Shown here: piece by piece, positions 12,829-26,858 of the stretch | How positions within the stretch are numbered: position 1 is the stretch's first letter | How the letters are laid out: each line of letters begins with the position of its first letter | Assembly: GCA_951406725.2 (NCBI GenBank) | Contig: OX597823.1 | Coordinates: 35,898,001 to 35,962,000 of the forward strand | DNA length: 64,000 nt | Direction: 5' to 3' | DNA from: Octopus vulgaris | Lineage: Eukaryota | The notes under the pieces: generated by a model | The model's input: only the letters and a program-made list of their open reading frames with translations | Told to the model about the DNA's origin: nothing | Databases searched by the model: none | Position numbers and translations under genes: made by a program

Positions 12829-14730
12829 TCAATTTGAAACCGAAATAAGCCGTTTTTCTTTGAATAAATCTGATGGTTCCAGCTCCATTATACCATTCCA
12901 TTTATCAATATGCAGATTTATAAATGGATAATATTTCGTAGAAATTGGCTGTTTTTCGTTATTTGCATGAAACCCTCCTTTCAAAACAGAATTTCGGCTA
13001 AACACATCGATTGTCACTTCGTGTATATTAGACAATGGACTGGGTGACAACTCAACCCATTTGTTCCCATTTAATATATCATAGACAAAAACTCTTGTGA
13101 TAAATGGTGCTACATGCTCTAACAAAAACAGTTTCGAAGAATAAGAACAATAGTGAATAGAGTCAAAATGTGCCGCAAAATAAAGAATATTTTTTGAAAG
13201 TGTCACGTTGTCAGGGCGGAGTGGGCGGTAAGTGGCGATGGGTATATTGGCAGTTATGGTATTGTTTCGATCGAGTATTGATGTAGCTGTAAGTGAGCCA
13301 GACTTACACTGATCTATAAAAGGTTTACCCAGATTTTCTTTAATGATATGTATGTCTTTGTTGCGGAAAAGAATCATGCAGTTTACTGACGCAGCCCAAG
13401 ATTTCGATTCAAAAATAATTCTGAATCGCTTATTTAAACTGTCATATCGTAGAATAACGAATTTATCGGCATTGAGAAGATCGTTATCACATTCGCAGAA
13501 GGTCAGAAAAATATAAATTGTATCAAAGATTTCTGGGTCCGCTTCTATTTTCATTTTGCAGTCACCTTTCCAATCACGAAACACAATGCTAGCCGAGATT
13601 TTCCAAACTTTTTCGTAGATTTTAATCTGTAATCTGATCCCTTTACCGAATGCTGTGCAACATGCAATATGTATGCCAGTATTCAAACAAAAATACTGGC
13701 TAACTAGTAATCTCTCCACCGTGTGGGGAGTTGATATGAAACAAGCACACCAGGATATCATATTCAACATTTTTATTTTATGTTCACATTCGTCTAAAAT
13801 CACTATATCGCTCCCAAGAATACCAATTACTTTGCTGGTCAAAGTCGCAAGTATTTTCATCCATCTATTTTCTGCTGAGAAATAAATAGCTAAATACTCT
13901 CTCTCTTTCAACACCACCACCCAACTGGCATCAAAAAATGGAGTCATTTTTTCGTTTATTTTGTTATTATAATATAATCGCTTCAAAAAAGATTTTTTTT
14001 CAGATTCACCTTCGTTCGTTTGGTTCATTTCTTTAATCACATGCTCTAGGTACATTTTGGGGATAAACTTCGAGAAATATTTATGAGCATTTGCAAGTCT
14101 TTTTGAAAAATCTTCCTCTACCCAAGAAATAAGGAACCTGTAAGCATTTGTCACTTTCCTTGGAAACGGTGCATGGTCCAACAAGTATGACAATTCTTTA
14201 TCTGCGGTAAATTTAAGCATAGTCATCATCCTTTCCTCCCAAAATAATTCCTGCATTAAAATCAAAGCCATTTTTTCAATTTCCCAAAAATGAAACTTTC
14301 TCGCAATTCTCCAAATTTTTAAGCAACTGGTAGGTCTAATTCTAGTCAAAAGGAATTGTTTCGTGTGAAGCAGCAATCGTTTAAATGAGCAATAATGACA
14401 GATTTTCAAAATCCCTTTGATGTTGTAGTTACCTAGACAGATTTGTCGCTTATAAAGGTAGTTGATTATGCTTTCTAAGTAAGAGAAATTACTACAAACA
14501 TGTGAGAGGTCTATATAAATATGATGACCGGAAGCCACTTTCAGCTTTTCCTTGAAGTAATCACTCTCTGCTGCCAGAAGAAAGCTATGAACAGATATTT
14601 TTCGGGAGTTTATTTGCAAAGTTACGTCGACGTACTCCGAGTTCAGATATTGAAGGTGCAGTTTTTGAATGATGCAATTTTTAGAGATGTCACTAAACTC
14701 CAACAACTGTTGATTGTAGACCGCCATCAT
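12829..14730 (-). CDS. BTB/POZ plus BACK domain protein (Kelch-like/KBTBD-related) with divergent C-terminus, single coding exon
   Basis: 633-aa uninterrupted ORF. BTB motif YVDVTLQI..VHSFLLAAESDYF..IINYLY. BACK-like SCLKIWRIA..LISWVEEDFSKR. Splice acceptor TTTTCAG (exon from 14743) 13 nt before the ATG. Confidence 0.88.
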   Translation of the reverse strand: MMAVYNQQLLEFSDISKNCIIQKLHLQYLNSEYVDVTLQINSRKISVHSFLLAAESDYFKEKLKVASGHHIYIDLSHVCSNFSYLESIINYLYKRQICLGNYNIKGILKICHYCSFKRLLLHTKQFLLTRIRPTSCLKIWRIARKFHFWEIEKMALILMQELFWEERMMTMLKFTADKELSYLLDHAPFPRKVTNAYRFLISWVEEDFSKRLANAHKYFSKFIPKMYLEHVIKEMNQTNEGESEKKSFLKRLYYNNKINEKMTPFFDASWVVVLKEREYLAIYFSAENRWMKILATLTSKVIGILGSDIVILDECEHKIKMLNMISWCACFISTPHTVERLLVSQYFCLNTGIHIACCTAFGKGIRLQIKIYEKVWKISASIVFRDWKGDCKMKIEADPEIFDTIYIFLTFCECDNDLLNADKFVILRYDSLNKRFRIIFESKSWAASVNCMILFRNKDIHIIKENLGKPFIDQCKSGSLTATSILDRNNTITANIPIATYRPLRPDNVTLSKNILYFAAHFDSIHYCSYSSKLFLLEHVAPFITRVFVYDILNGNKWVELSPSPLSNIHEVTIDVFSRNSVLKGGFHANNEKQPISTKYYPFINLHIDKWNGIMELEPSDLFKEKRLISVSN

Positions 14731-15215
14731 TTAATTGATGTACCTGAAAATAGTTAAAAGAGTCAATTAGAAAGATTTTCAATTTTTTTTTTTTTTTTAG
14801 AGATATCAGGTAGAGTCTATGTTCAAAAATATACCTTTATGTTCAAAAGTTATTTGTATTAAGTTTGCTTTTCCGATCTCGGAGACTAGAAGATTGGAGT
14901 GAAATATTGAGACATTGCACGCAATCAGAGATCGTGAATGGGAGAATAAAACTTTTAAACGTAGAAGCTGTTAGATTTTTCATAAATTAAAAATTGAAAC
15001 AAATAGAATACAACTTTTGTAGGGAAATAGTTAAAATATATTTTCAATAGCACATTCACTAAATGTACATTATATTATCGATCTCTCAATGATAATCTTG
15101 AAACGATTGTTATTTATTTCGTATTCGATGAAAACATCAAAATACGAACTTTAGAAAGCCTTCACAAGTTTCTCCGGAAAAATAAAACACTTGTTGAGAA
15201 GACAATGCTACTTAC

Positions 15216-15249
15216 AATGAAAAATAATCAAAAGGTTAAATCTTATTTA
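15216..15249 (-). other. Possible small 5' UTR exon of the BTB gene
   Basis: Minus-strand acceptor TTGTTCTTCAG ending 15250 and donor GTAAGT at 15215-15210; another GTAAGT at 15385-15380. Motif evidence only. Confidence 0.3.
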
Positions 15250-16314
15250 CTGAAGAACAAAGTGCAACGTTAGATAGCAAAGCTGTGATTTTTCAGCAGA
15301 AAAAAACCTCGTATCTACAATGGTAATTTCTTTAGAAACTTTTTATTTTTTAGGTACATGGAAATTTAAAATAAATGTTACTTACTGACTAATAATGGAA
15401 TTCGTTTTAATTCACCACGTAATGGGAGAAGTAAAAAAGAAAGTATTTTCGACACAATCGTAATGCAAATAAACTCAACATAGAAATATATGACAATTTA
15501 CTCAACAAGATTCAACGACTATCATGAAATGTTTGACAACCGGGATTAATCTCTTTCTTTCAAAAGTTAATGATTTTGAAATGTTTTTATTTAGTCATGT
15601 TAGCTGACAAGTCGGTAAACAAATGAAGAAAATAAGGAGCTGATCAAGTTTTCTGCAGATTGTTTAGTTAATTATGCCAAAAACATTTTATTGACATTAA
15701 GAGCTTTAAGGAAAACTCAACAGAAAGAAATAAAAGAAAACTACTAAGCTAGTTGTTTAGAAGCAGAGGACATCCAATTAACATAGTATTGAATATGTCC
15801 GATAACATATATATAGCCGTGCCGACTAGTGAAAAATTTATTACATTATAACAGTGATATTTAATTGATTCACTAAATACAAATGAGCAGAATCGTTATT
15901 ATCAAACTAAATAATATAAAAATATGTCACTTCCACTCTTTAAAAACTTAAATTTATAATAAATTTTATGAAAAAATAAGATAAATTTGAAACGTAGAGT
16001 CAATTTAAATGTCAAAACTAGAAAAGATAATTGGAAATAAAAATTTACCTCGATATTAACCGTAACTCAATAAGTAACACCTCTCAAAATATGAAAATAG
16101 GGTAAGGAGGCATTTAAACTTGTTTTTATCAAATTAAAAAATGGACGAGTTCAAAGGTTCCTGATGAACTCTTCTAGAAGGAAAAAAATTAATTCTAGAT
16201 ACAGGAATTGGACACGATAACTCCTCGTGGTTGTTGTTTCAAATCATAGTATGAATAAATGTCAAAGAAGTTTATGATGCGGGTTCGAATTCTTTCTTGA
16301 GAATTATAAAACTA

Positions 16315-16600
16315 GCATTCCGTCGGTCACGACGATGATGTTCCAGTTGATCCGATCAACGGAGCAGCTTACACGTGAAATTAACTGAACACTCAACAGA
16401 CACGCGTACCGTAATGTAGTTCCCAGAGAAGGGACAAGGCTGATCCTTTGAACCACAGGTTCAACTCACTTTTGCCAGCTGAGAGGACTGAAGCAACGTG
16501 AACTAAAATGTCTTGCTCAAGGACATAACGTGCCACCGGGAATCGAACTCACGGCCGTAAGATCGTGAACAAAATACCTTAACCACTAAGCAAAGCGCCA
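16315..16600 (-). mobile_element. tRNA-derived SINE, family A
   Basis: A box and GAGTTCGATTCC B box followed by GTCCTTGAGCAAGAC. Homologous copy at about 56375-56620 (+). Confidence 0.8.
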
Positions 16601-16705
16601 TCACCTTGAGAAATACTAAGTCATCAACACTATCCTAACCCTATCAAGAAACTTTCTCTCACACATTCTTTCTCCTATTTTCTTTTCTCTCTCTCTCTCT
16701 CTCTT

Positions 16706-16751
<46 letters not shown>

Positions 16752-16786
16752 ACTTTATTTCTGTCTCACTTTGTCTCTCTCATCCA

Positions 16787-16861
<75 letters not shown>

Positions 16862-17339
16862 ACATTTCCTCTCTCCCACTTTCCTGGTTTTCTCCCCTGC
16901 ACACACACTTTCTAACCCACTTTCTCTCTCCCTCTCCCTTTTCCTCTCTCTCTCTCTTTCTCTCTCACTGTATTATGTCTCACTCTCTACCACTTTTCCC
17001 TCTCTCTGTAGTTCTCTTTCACTCTCATTTTCTTTCTCAAAGAAACATTGTCAGGCCACATAGAATAGAAAATCTCAAAGTTAGATAAAAGTCTCCGTCA
17101 TTATGATGTCTTATTCTTGTAACATTCAGAAAGATCTGCCATGCATTTCTGGCAGATGAATGAATTGAACCAGTAACGGTTTTTACTCAGAAACAATAAA
17201 ATCACAGGAGTTGTATGGAACTGATTACTTATGATCAGGCTGTCTTACATCCTAATTCATTTTGCTTCTGTCTATGCCATGATACCGGCAGTACAGGTCT
17301 TATACAACAATAAATCACCTCTGTAGTATCCATATCAAT

Positions 17340-17552
17340 AAATATGAGTTTCAAATTTTGGCACAAGGCCAGTAATTTCAGGAGTGGAGTTAAGTCGATG
17401 ACATCGACCCTAGTACTCAACTAATACTTATACGAAAGGGATGGAAGGCAAAGTGGACCTCGGCATAATTTGAACTCAAATCGTAAACACGGACGAAATA
17501 TTGCTTAGCATTTTATCCAGCGTGCAAACGAATCTGTCAGTTCGCCACCTTC
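17340..17552 (-). mobile_element. SINE family B (GCCGAGGTCGACTTTGCCTTTCATCC central domain, MetaSINE-like)
   Basis: Homologous to 40160-40778 and 44115-44290. Confidence 0.75.
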
Positions 17553-17737
17553 CTATAGCAAGTAATATTATGCTTTTTCATTTCATTTTATTTTCAACTC
17601 TTCAAGCCTCAAATTTCTGTAAAATCAAATAATAAAAGACCATACATTCACAGTGCTTTCTTAAATATACTTCAAGCCTAGCGTATTTAGTGAAGGGGAA
17701 ATTGGTATGTTGCGATAAATTAGGGTCTCTCCAGTCA

Positions 17738-18340
17738 GGCAATTGTGCTACAACTGAAGGATTGCAATGAAACAATTGTCTTGCAGCTGAAGAATTGCAA
17801 AAAGCAATTTTACTGAAACTGAAGGATTGCAATAAAGCAATTATGTTGCAACCGAAGAATTATAATACAGATACTGTATCACAACTGAAAGATTGCATTA
17901 AAGCAATTGTCATACAACTGAAGGATCATAATAAAGAAATTGCGTTATAACTGAATGATTGCAATAAAGCAATGTACTGAAACTGAAGGATTGCAATAAG
18001 GCATTTGTGCTGCGACTGAATGATTATAATTAAAAAAATTGCAATAAAGCAATTGTGTCACAACTGAAGGATTTCAAAAGAAGCAACTGTGCTGCAAGTG
18101 AAGATTCATAACAAAGAAATTGTGTTACAACCGAAGGATTACAATAAAGCATTTGTGCTGCAACTGAAGAATTATAATCAATTGCAACAAAGCAATTGTG
18201 TCACAAGTGAAAAATTGCAATAAAGAAATTGTCATACAACTGAAGGATTAGAACAAAGAAGAAATTGTGTTGCAACTGAAGGATTGCAGTAAACTAATTG
18301 TGCTGCAACTGAAGGATTGCAATGAAACAATTGTGCTGAT
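17738..18340. repeat. Degenerate 33-bp minisatellite, roughly 17-18 units
   Basis: Consensus AATTGTGCTGCAACTGAAGGATTGCAATAAAGC, head to tail, no spacers. Confidence 0.9.
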
Positions 18341-19399
18341 ACCGGAGGGTTATGTATTCTGTTCACTGGACATTTATAAGAACTTCTTAATTACTTTAGC
18401 CTCCTTCGAAAAATCAAAGACACAATTACCACACCAAGTAAATAGTTTGTACTGCACCACACTGATATAGAAGCACATCCTGGTATAAAAATACACCCTG
18501 ATTTATTCATTGTTTCAATAGAAGGCTTTACTTAAGCTGTTTAATTCAATTCTTGTCTGTCGTTCGTCGATAAGTCAGAGAATTTCTGAAACCTTATTTT
18601 TAAACTGTTTTCTGTCGAATATATTCACAAGCCACGTATGTAGGATTGGTCATGTATGTGAGCATTGAGCGGAGATGATTGATGTCAATGATCAGCAACC
18701 CTTCCATGGCAGATTTTGGTTTTGAAGGTCTTTTTCAAACCCCATTGACATTACTGATGTTAATATTTTAATTAAGATCAAGCAATGAAAGATGTCTATT
18801 GTCAAAACTGTTTCAGTATTTTGAATTTGGGTCAATTTCAAACCCACAATTCTTTAATTGCTTTGTATTCCAGATAGAAGGAATTGTTAACTTCTTGATA
18901 GTACTCGAATAAGTTTAGATTTAATTGGAAAGTCTAAGAGAAATCATTAGAAAACTTATTCTATTTTTGTTGTCTCACAGATTTAATAGTGATATAGATG
19001 TTTGTTTTGTCAATGTCAGCAATGATCGTCGAAGTAAAAATTCCACCGAGAAGCTATTTCACATAGTCTAGTCTGGATAAACCGAATTGAAAAGTAAAAC
19101 GTATTTCTTGTAAATATATAATAGAAAACTTAGGCTTGGTATTCAGTGGGCTTATAACTCGAAGACCTAGCTTACTAGGAATTTGTTTACGCCATAGGGA
19201 ACGTGGTTACCTCAAAGAGAACGGTTTTCCACTGAACAATCTTCTTGTTATGGGCAATATTCTTGCACATTCTTCTAACTTTATACACCGAATGTCAGAG
19301 GTGTTTAATTGTAACAAAATCCATTTTATGTCTTCCAATACCATTCCTCTTCTGCAGCCCGTGTAACAGTAAAAAGTATCAATTTTAGGCCTGCTTTGA

Positions 19400-19800
19400 A
19401 ACGACTACGTTTAGTGATAAGACAGTAAAATGATAGGAAAGATTATATCATTGAAGGTGTGAATTTAATTAAGAAGAGGGCTTCTAAATGTTTTAATTCT
19501 GATTGGTGAATATTGTAGCATGATACTCTTCAAGGGACTCTGGAGTTTTTGAAACAGTCTTAATTTTATGAAATTGCATATGGACAACTCCAAGAGAGCA
19601 TGACTAACTTGGGTGAAAACCATAGAAGAGAATTGTCAATCGACGATCTGAAGGAACTCCATGAGGAATGTGCTGAATCCTTACAACAACGACTGAACTT
19701 CGAACAATGCGGCAATATTAGTAGAACTATACGAACAATATCAGTAGAACTAAAGAAGGGCTTTTTCCTTAGCTGGAACTTACAGATATTTTGAGCTCGT
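19400..19800 (+). mobile_element. Probable Tigger/pogo transposase C-terminal remnant
   Basis: ENHRRELSIDDLKELHEE resembles the H..ELT.EDL.EL motif of Tigger C-termini; heavily decayed. Confidence 0.4.
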
Positions 19801-19945
19801 TGCAGCAGTTCTTAGAAGATCACTCTAATTATTTTTCTGATAAAGTGTGGCAAAACTTTGGGACTCTCTAGAAAAATAGGCTACAGCAATTCCACCTTAC
19901 ATATTTTCATTAAAATGGTAACCTAAGAATCTTCTACGTACTTCC

Positions 19946-20002
<57 letters not shown>

Positions 20003-20010
20003 TACATATA

Positions 20011-20410
20011 GGCGTAGGAGCGGCTATGTGGTAAGTAGCTTGCTTATGAACCACATGGCTCCGGGTTCAGTCCCACTGCGTGGAACCTTGGGCAAATGTC
20101 TTCTACTATAGCCTCGGGCCGACCAAAGCCTTGTGGGTGGATTTGGTAGGCGGAAAAGTGAAAGAATCCCATCGTATATATGTATATATATTTATGTGTG
20201 TGTGTGTATGTTTGTGTGGCTGTCCCCCCTCCAACGTAGCTTGACAATCGATGCTGGTGTGTTTACGTCCCCGTAACTTAGCAGTTCGGCAAAAAGTGAC
20301 CGATAGAATAAGTACTAGGCTTACAAAGAATAAGTCCTGGGGTCTATTTGCTCGACTAAAGGCGGTGCTCCAGCATGGCCACAGTCAAAATGACTGAAAG
20401 AAGTAAGAAG
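20011..20410 (+). mobile_element. tRNA-derived SINE family C (CORE-like CCTTGGGCAA segment, internal TA/TG tract, 3' tail)
   Basis: A box GGCTATGTGGTA, B box GGTTCAGTCC. Other copies at 28575-28948 (-), 29120-29272 (-, partial), 42612-42936 (+), 57228-57900 (-). Confidence 0.85.
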
Positions 20411-20910
20411 ATTTTTAAAAAAGAGTATACATACAGGTAAAGGTAAAAAAGTGAAGTCCAAGGCTATATTGCAATTTGATGGAGGAGATAATAAAGATAA
20501 ACGTAACAGGATGGGGTAGATGGGATGGTCCTTATAACAGGGGTCATGCGTTAGAAACTAAAAACTATGCAATAGAATAGTAATGAAATTTAGTTAAGGT
20601 AAACAGAGTTGGGGAATCATTCCGAAATTATATCAATAAATAAATAATTTGGGTATAAATTAAGTGTGGTGTTGTTATTTACTAACTGTCATCATAATAC
20701 CCCTATCAGAAGTGGGAAAAGACCAATGTCCATCCTACAACGTAATTACTCAGCTAATATTAAAAAACACTACCGTTTTGTTGGGTCTGTTAAAACTAAT
20801 CAATAAAATACAAACAAATTTAAGAAAAATTCAAGGAAAATTTAAGAAATAATGGTCTATATTGGATATATGTTATCCCATGGTGGGTTGCACTCACAAC
20901 CCCTATCTCA

Positions 20911-20989
<79 letters not shown>

Positions 20990-21989
20990 TATATGCATAC
21001 ACACACACACAAAGGAGTAGATGGCATGTATGCGTTTCATACATTCTCTTCTGGCTTGTACTTGTAATAATAGATACTTTGTAAATGTATTCATTAGCCA
21101 GCAGTGCCGTTAATTGAAATGTTTTATAATTGTACCGTATCATGTCTGGTGACAGAATTTATCAAAGTTCTATATATTTGGTGCATGACTATACTATGAC
21201 TTTTTCTCAGACTTACTAGACTGTTACCAGTAAATTAGTGCCTTTTGCCGTTATTTTTTTCGGGTATGTTTTGAGTGCTTTGATCTGTTTCTGAGTTGGT
21301 ACCGGAATCAACCATTTTTAATTCAATTATAGAAGCCATAAGTGAAGTGGTGTCTACGTTACATTTACATGAAGGGGTTTCGTGTTATATCTCATTCCGG
21401 AGTAAAGACAAGGGTTATCTGCGTGATCACGGTTTCAAGCCACAAGAAGATGATTCGGAGTCGTAGTACAATCGAGACAACGTCACTGCTACATACCTAC
21501 CGAGGTTCGTCCAATATACTGCAGGGTGAAAATTTATACTCCACTCATAGTTGTTTAACATACGGTATCCGTAGTTTCTATGGTCATGGAGTGCGTGTAC
21601 GCGCATGTGTGTCTGAATGCTCAGCGTGAATATAGTTCAATATGTTATAGTTCTAGGAGGTATGTGTAGAGAGGTGTTTGATGGTGTATGAAGAAATTCT
21701 CGTTATGGTAGCAGATAGTAGATGGGTGCGGTCTGGATAATGGGAGAGAGCGTTATGCCTCTTGTGGTGTTGAGTACCATATATATATTGATGGGAGGAA
21801 CGACGGTATAAATGACAGCAATGTGTTGTTTTTGATATCATTCTGATATCATTGCATGTTGTTCCTTGTTTTGTTGTAGTAGTTGTGGTGTTATGGGGTG
21901 CTCTGTAGTGGATGGGGTAGGATGCGGAGCAGGTTAGCGAAATTGCATTTGGGATCCGCTAGAGACAAATATGTGTTTGAAACTTATAA

Positions 21990-22360
21990 TTTGATGTGTT
22001 TGGGGAACCGAAATTTTTTTCTCTTTTATTGAGTAGATCCGCCGACAAGGTTAATATCTCGGATTTTTTTCATACGATAAAAATTGTATCTGCGACTTTG
22101 CTTTGATTATAATGCACCAACTAGTGGGTGTGTTACTCAATCTGCAGTCTTTTAAGCTCCAAACGAATTTAGACTGTGACTTTGAGTTGCACTTTTGCAA
22201 ATTTCTGAAAGAAGCTGTGTGGTGCATAAATCTATCCTTGAAAATATTTATTGACACAAGCATGGGCAAGAAAATAGTTTGAATAGATAATTCCTAGCTG
22301 TTAAAAGGTTCATTGATAAAAAGTGCATATCTTCAAACACTTCCATTTACCACGACAAAG
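21990..22360 (-). mobile_element. Penelope-like GIY-YIG endonuclease remnant
   Basis: FKDRFMHHTASFRN..NSKSQSKFVWSLKD..WCIIIKAK..LLNKRE matches the C-terminal half of PLE GIY-YIG domains; frameshifted. Confidence 0.65.
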
Positions 22361-24100
22361 ATATTCCTATATACTCCCTTGAGAAAACGGAGGTAATATG
22401 AGATAAAATACTTTTTAACATAGGAGGAAGGAAAAGAATTAGAGAAAATGAAGGTGAAAGAAGAGATATAAGTTTAAAATAACATTGAAATGGTTGTGTC
22501 TAAAAGCAGAACGGCAGGGTAACAGAACGGAGAAAATTAGAGAACAGGGAGAGTGGGGAGCAGACCGAGGGGAAGAAGGGAACAGAAGGAGTGAGTGTAG
22601 GGGAGCGATACGAGGGAGAGTAGGTGAGCAAAACGAAGAGAATTAGAAAATTGGAGAGCAGAAAGGGAGAGTAGGAGAACAGAGCTTGATAGTGTAGAAA
22701 AATAAAATGAGGAAATGGAACAGAACGGAATGATGTAGAATCTGAAGGAGAAACGGGTGACGGGGATAAAAATAGCAACGAGATAATGACTCCGAAGACA
22801 AAAAGGCGAGCCATCAGAAGATGAAGGAGTTAATGATGACGATAAAGAAGTAAAACGGGAATAGATAAAAAAAATTTAATTTACGAGAAATTTTTATTCA
22901 AAAGCCGAATAAATAAAACACGAGAACATTACAGAAATTTTCAATAAAACGCTTATAATAAAATAACGAGCCAGATACTTGGAAAGGAAACTAAACGGAG
23001 CAAATGTAACAAAGCAATAACTACTCAGTGGCGTCCACTAAACAAGTATTATGTTCTTTTCATGTCGCTTTTCTAAATATTAATGAAGTTAATAAAGAGA
23101 ACAAAGATATTGTTATACCCAAGTAGTTCTAACAATGTCCAACACCATGAAAAAAGACAACAACAAAATAGTTTTAATTATCCAAAAAATATATTTGGTT
23201 ACGATTTAAAAGAATGAAAGACCTTATTAATATACAAGGCGCCAACATGGTGATAATCTTACAATTATAATTGTCTGCATTTAAATTTTTATTCAAAGCT
23301 GGAACCGCTTTTCTTCTCTAAATTTGCTCATGCCTTTAAGAAAACATTTTTCATGCTTCTGTAAAGATTCGTGAATTCAGTTATTATATACTGCAAAGAA
23401 AACAAAGGCGATTTAAGGTAAAAGTAAAAATCATCTTTCTTAATGGTGAAAAGGGGAGGCTGAGAAAAATTTAAGTTAAATTTAAGCAATAAAGTGAGGA
23501 TAAGGAGCAATCGAGTGACAAAACCTTTTAAACGATAAGGAGAAAGAATGCCAATACGAATTCATTGAAATAATAACAAACTTATTTTCTGGAATTGATT
23601 AGATTTGTTCTTACCACCAATATCTAATAGGCTAGGGAAAAGTAAACTACAGAGTAATTATAAGACTGGCCTAAAAATGACAATCTTAATATGAAAATGG
23701 AAAATCTAATTATGATGACTCAAAAGTATATGATTTAGAGAAAAAAATTAGTTCATGAAAAAAGTAAGGAGAAAAACTATCAAACTTTGAGAGAAATTGT
23801 AAATAATGCATTGCAATGAAGATTACATTGTTAATAAATCGTATAAAATGAGCAAAAAACGATTATAAAAATGTAAAGAATATGTTTTGGTGAGCAAAGA
23901 AAAAAATACCAAACCGAACAAGTAGGCAAGGCAATTGAAATAAAACTCCTTGAGAAATAGGTCGGAGCAAAAACTAGAAAATTGTTGATGTAAAATCCAA
24001 TGTAATTATTGTGCATAAATAAGAACTTGAAGCATAACTGATTGGAAAAGGAATGTGCTGACAGTTGATGTCAAGATATATAACTAACGATTGATGAGTG

Positions 24101-24159
<59 letters not shown>

Positions 24160-24489
24160 ATTTATTATATAGAAGGAGCTTCTACAGGACTAGTACTGTT
24201 TCATTCAAGAGAAATCTTCAGGAAGCTATTTAACAAGAATTGTATTAGCATTTATACATTTAGAGGAGTGGTGGTGGGGGACTTTTTGGGGGTAGGCATA
24301 GCGCAAAATATCATACTTGGGGGAGTGGTCAAGGTAATAAAAAAATAAAAAAATAAAATAAAAAAATAAATAAATAAAAAATAAAAAAATAACAAGATAA
24401 AATAAAAGAATAAAAATAAAAAATATAAAAAATATAAAAAATATAAAAAATATAAAAAATATAAAAATATATATAAAAAAATATATAAT

Positions 24490-24521
<32 letters not shown>

Positions 24522-24655
24522 AAAATATATATATAAAAATATATATATATAAAAAAAGGGGGGATAGAGTTATAGGTAAATAAGGAGATTCTCACTTATA
24601 CCTATACACACATGTATACGTATCTACACACACATACGCACATACACATATATCT

Positions 24656-24694
<39 letters not shown>

Positions 24695-25153
24695 CCTACA
24701 CATACACACATACATACATACAAATATACATATACATATATATATATACAATCCAATACAGGCCCATTCCCTAATTTTAATTTTATTATCTTCATTTATT
24801 ACTTTTGTTATCTTTGATCGCTAAGGCTAAGAATCCTGGCAATAGCTGCTTGTCCGTTTGTCTGTCTACTAGAAGGCAAGTACTCATTCCCGCACGCACA
24901 CTCATTAGCACGTACATTCACCCATTCGTACACTCATACACATACACGTACGCACGCGTTATATTCATACATACAAACATCTACATACGTTCACGTATAT
25001 ACACATACGTACTCGTACCTACAGATTCGTGTCTACACTTTAGGAGGCTAGTCTATACATATACACCAATAAATATACATATATATATATATATATATAT
25101 ACCCGCATATACATACACACACACACATATATACTCCTACATACAGATACATA

Positions 25154-25195
<42 letters not shown>

Positions 25196-25397
25196 TACAT
25201 ATATATATACATATATACACATACATACACATACACACATACACACACATACATACACATATATATACATACCCAAACATATATACACACACATATATAT
25301 ACATACACACATACACACATACATACGTATACATACATACATACATCTATACATCCATACTTACATGCATTTATACGCATACACACACCCATCTATA

Positions 25398-25434
<37 letters not shown>

Positions 25435-25711
25435 TCACACATACATATACAAATCTACGCACACACATACATACATACACGTATACGCATACACGCACAT
25501 ACACATATACATGCGTACCCATACACGTGCACACACGCACGCGCATCCATATAAATACACACACACACATATATATATACACGTGTGCAAGCATACATAC
25601 ATACTCATACGCGCACACATACTTACAAATACATATATGCACACACACACACATATATATACATACACATATACATTCATACATACATATATTGATACAT
25701 ACACACACTCA

Positions 25712-25769
<58 letters not shown>

Positions 25770-26097
25770 TGTGTGTGTATGTATGCATATATGTATGTAT
25801 GCATGTATATGTGTATGTATATATATGTGTGTAAGTGTGTGCATATATGTATTTGTAAGTATGTGTGCGCGTATGTGTATGTATGTATGCTTGCGTGTGT
25901 GCACGTGTATGGGTACGCATGTATATGTGTATGTGCGTGTATGCGTATAAATGCATGTAAGTATGGATGTATAGATGTATGTATGTATGTATACGTATGT
26001 ATGTGTGTATGTGTGTATGTATATATATGTGTGTGTATATATGTTTGGGTATGTATATATATGTGTATGTATGTGTGTGTATGTGTGTATGTGTATG

Positions 26098-26165
<68 letters not shown>

Positions 26166-26626
26166 TATGTATCTGTATGTAGGAGTATATATATGTGTGT
26201 GTGTGTATGTATATGCGGGTATATATATATATATATATATGTATATTTATTGGTGTGTATATGTATAGACTAGCCTCCTAAAGTGTAGACACGAATCTGT
26301 AGGTACGAGTACGTATGTGTATATACGTGAACGTATGTAGATGTTTGTATGTATGAATATAACGCGTGCGTACGTGTATGTGTATGAGTGTACGAATGGG
26401 TGAATGTACGTGCTAATGAGTGTGCGTGCGGGAATGAGTACTTGCCTTCTAGTAGACAGACAAACGGACAAGCAGCTATTGCCAGGATTCTTAGCCTTAG
26501 CGATCAAAGATAACAAAAGTAATAAATGAAGATAATAAAATTAAAATTAGGGAATGGGCCTGTATTGGATTGTATATATATATATGTATATGTATATTTG
26601 TATGTATGTATGTGTGTATGTGTAGG

Positions 26627-26681
<55 letters not shown>

Positions 26682-26820
26682 AGATATATGTGTATGTGCG
26701 TATGTGTGTGTAGATACGTATACATGTGTGTATAGGTATAAGTGAGAATCTCCTTATTTACCTATAACTCTATCCCCCCTTTTTTTTATATATATATATT
26801 TTATATATATATTTTATATA

Positions 26821-26858
<38 letters not shown>

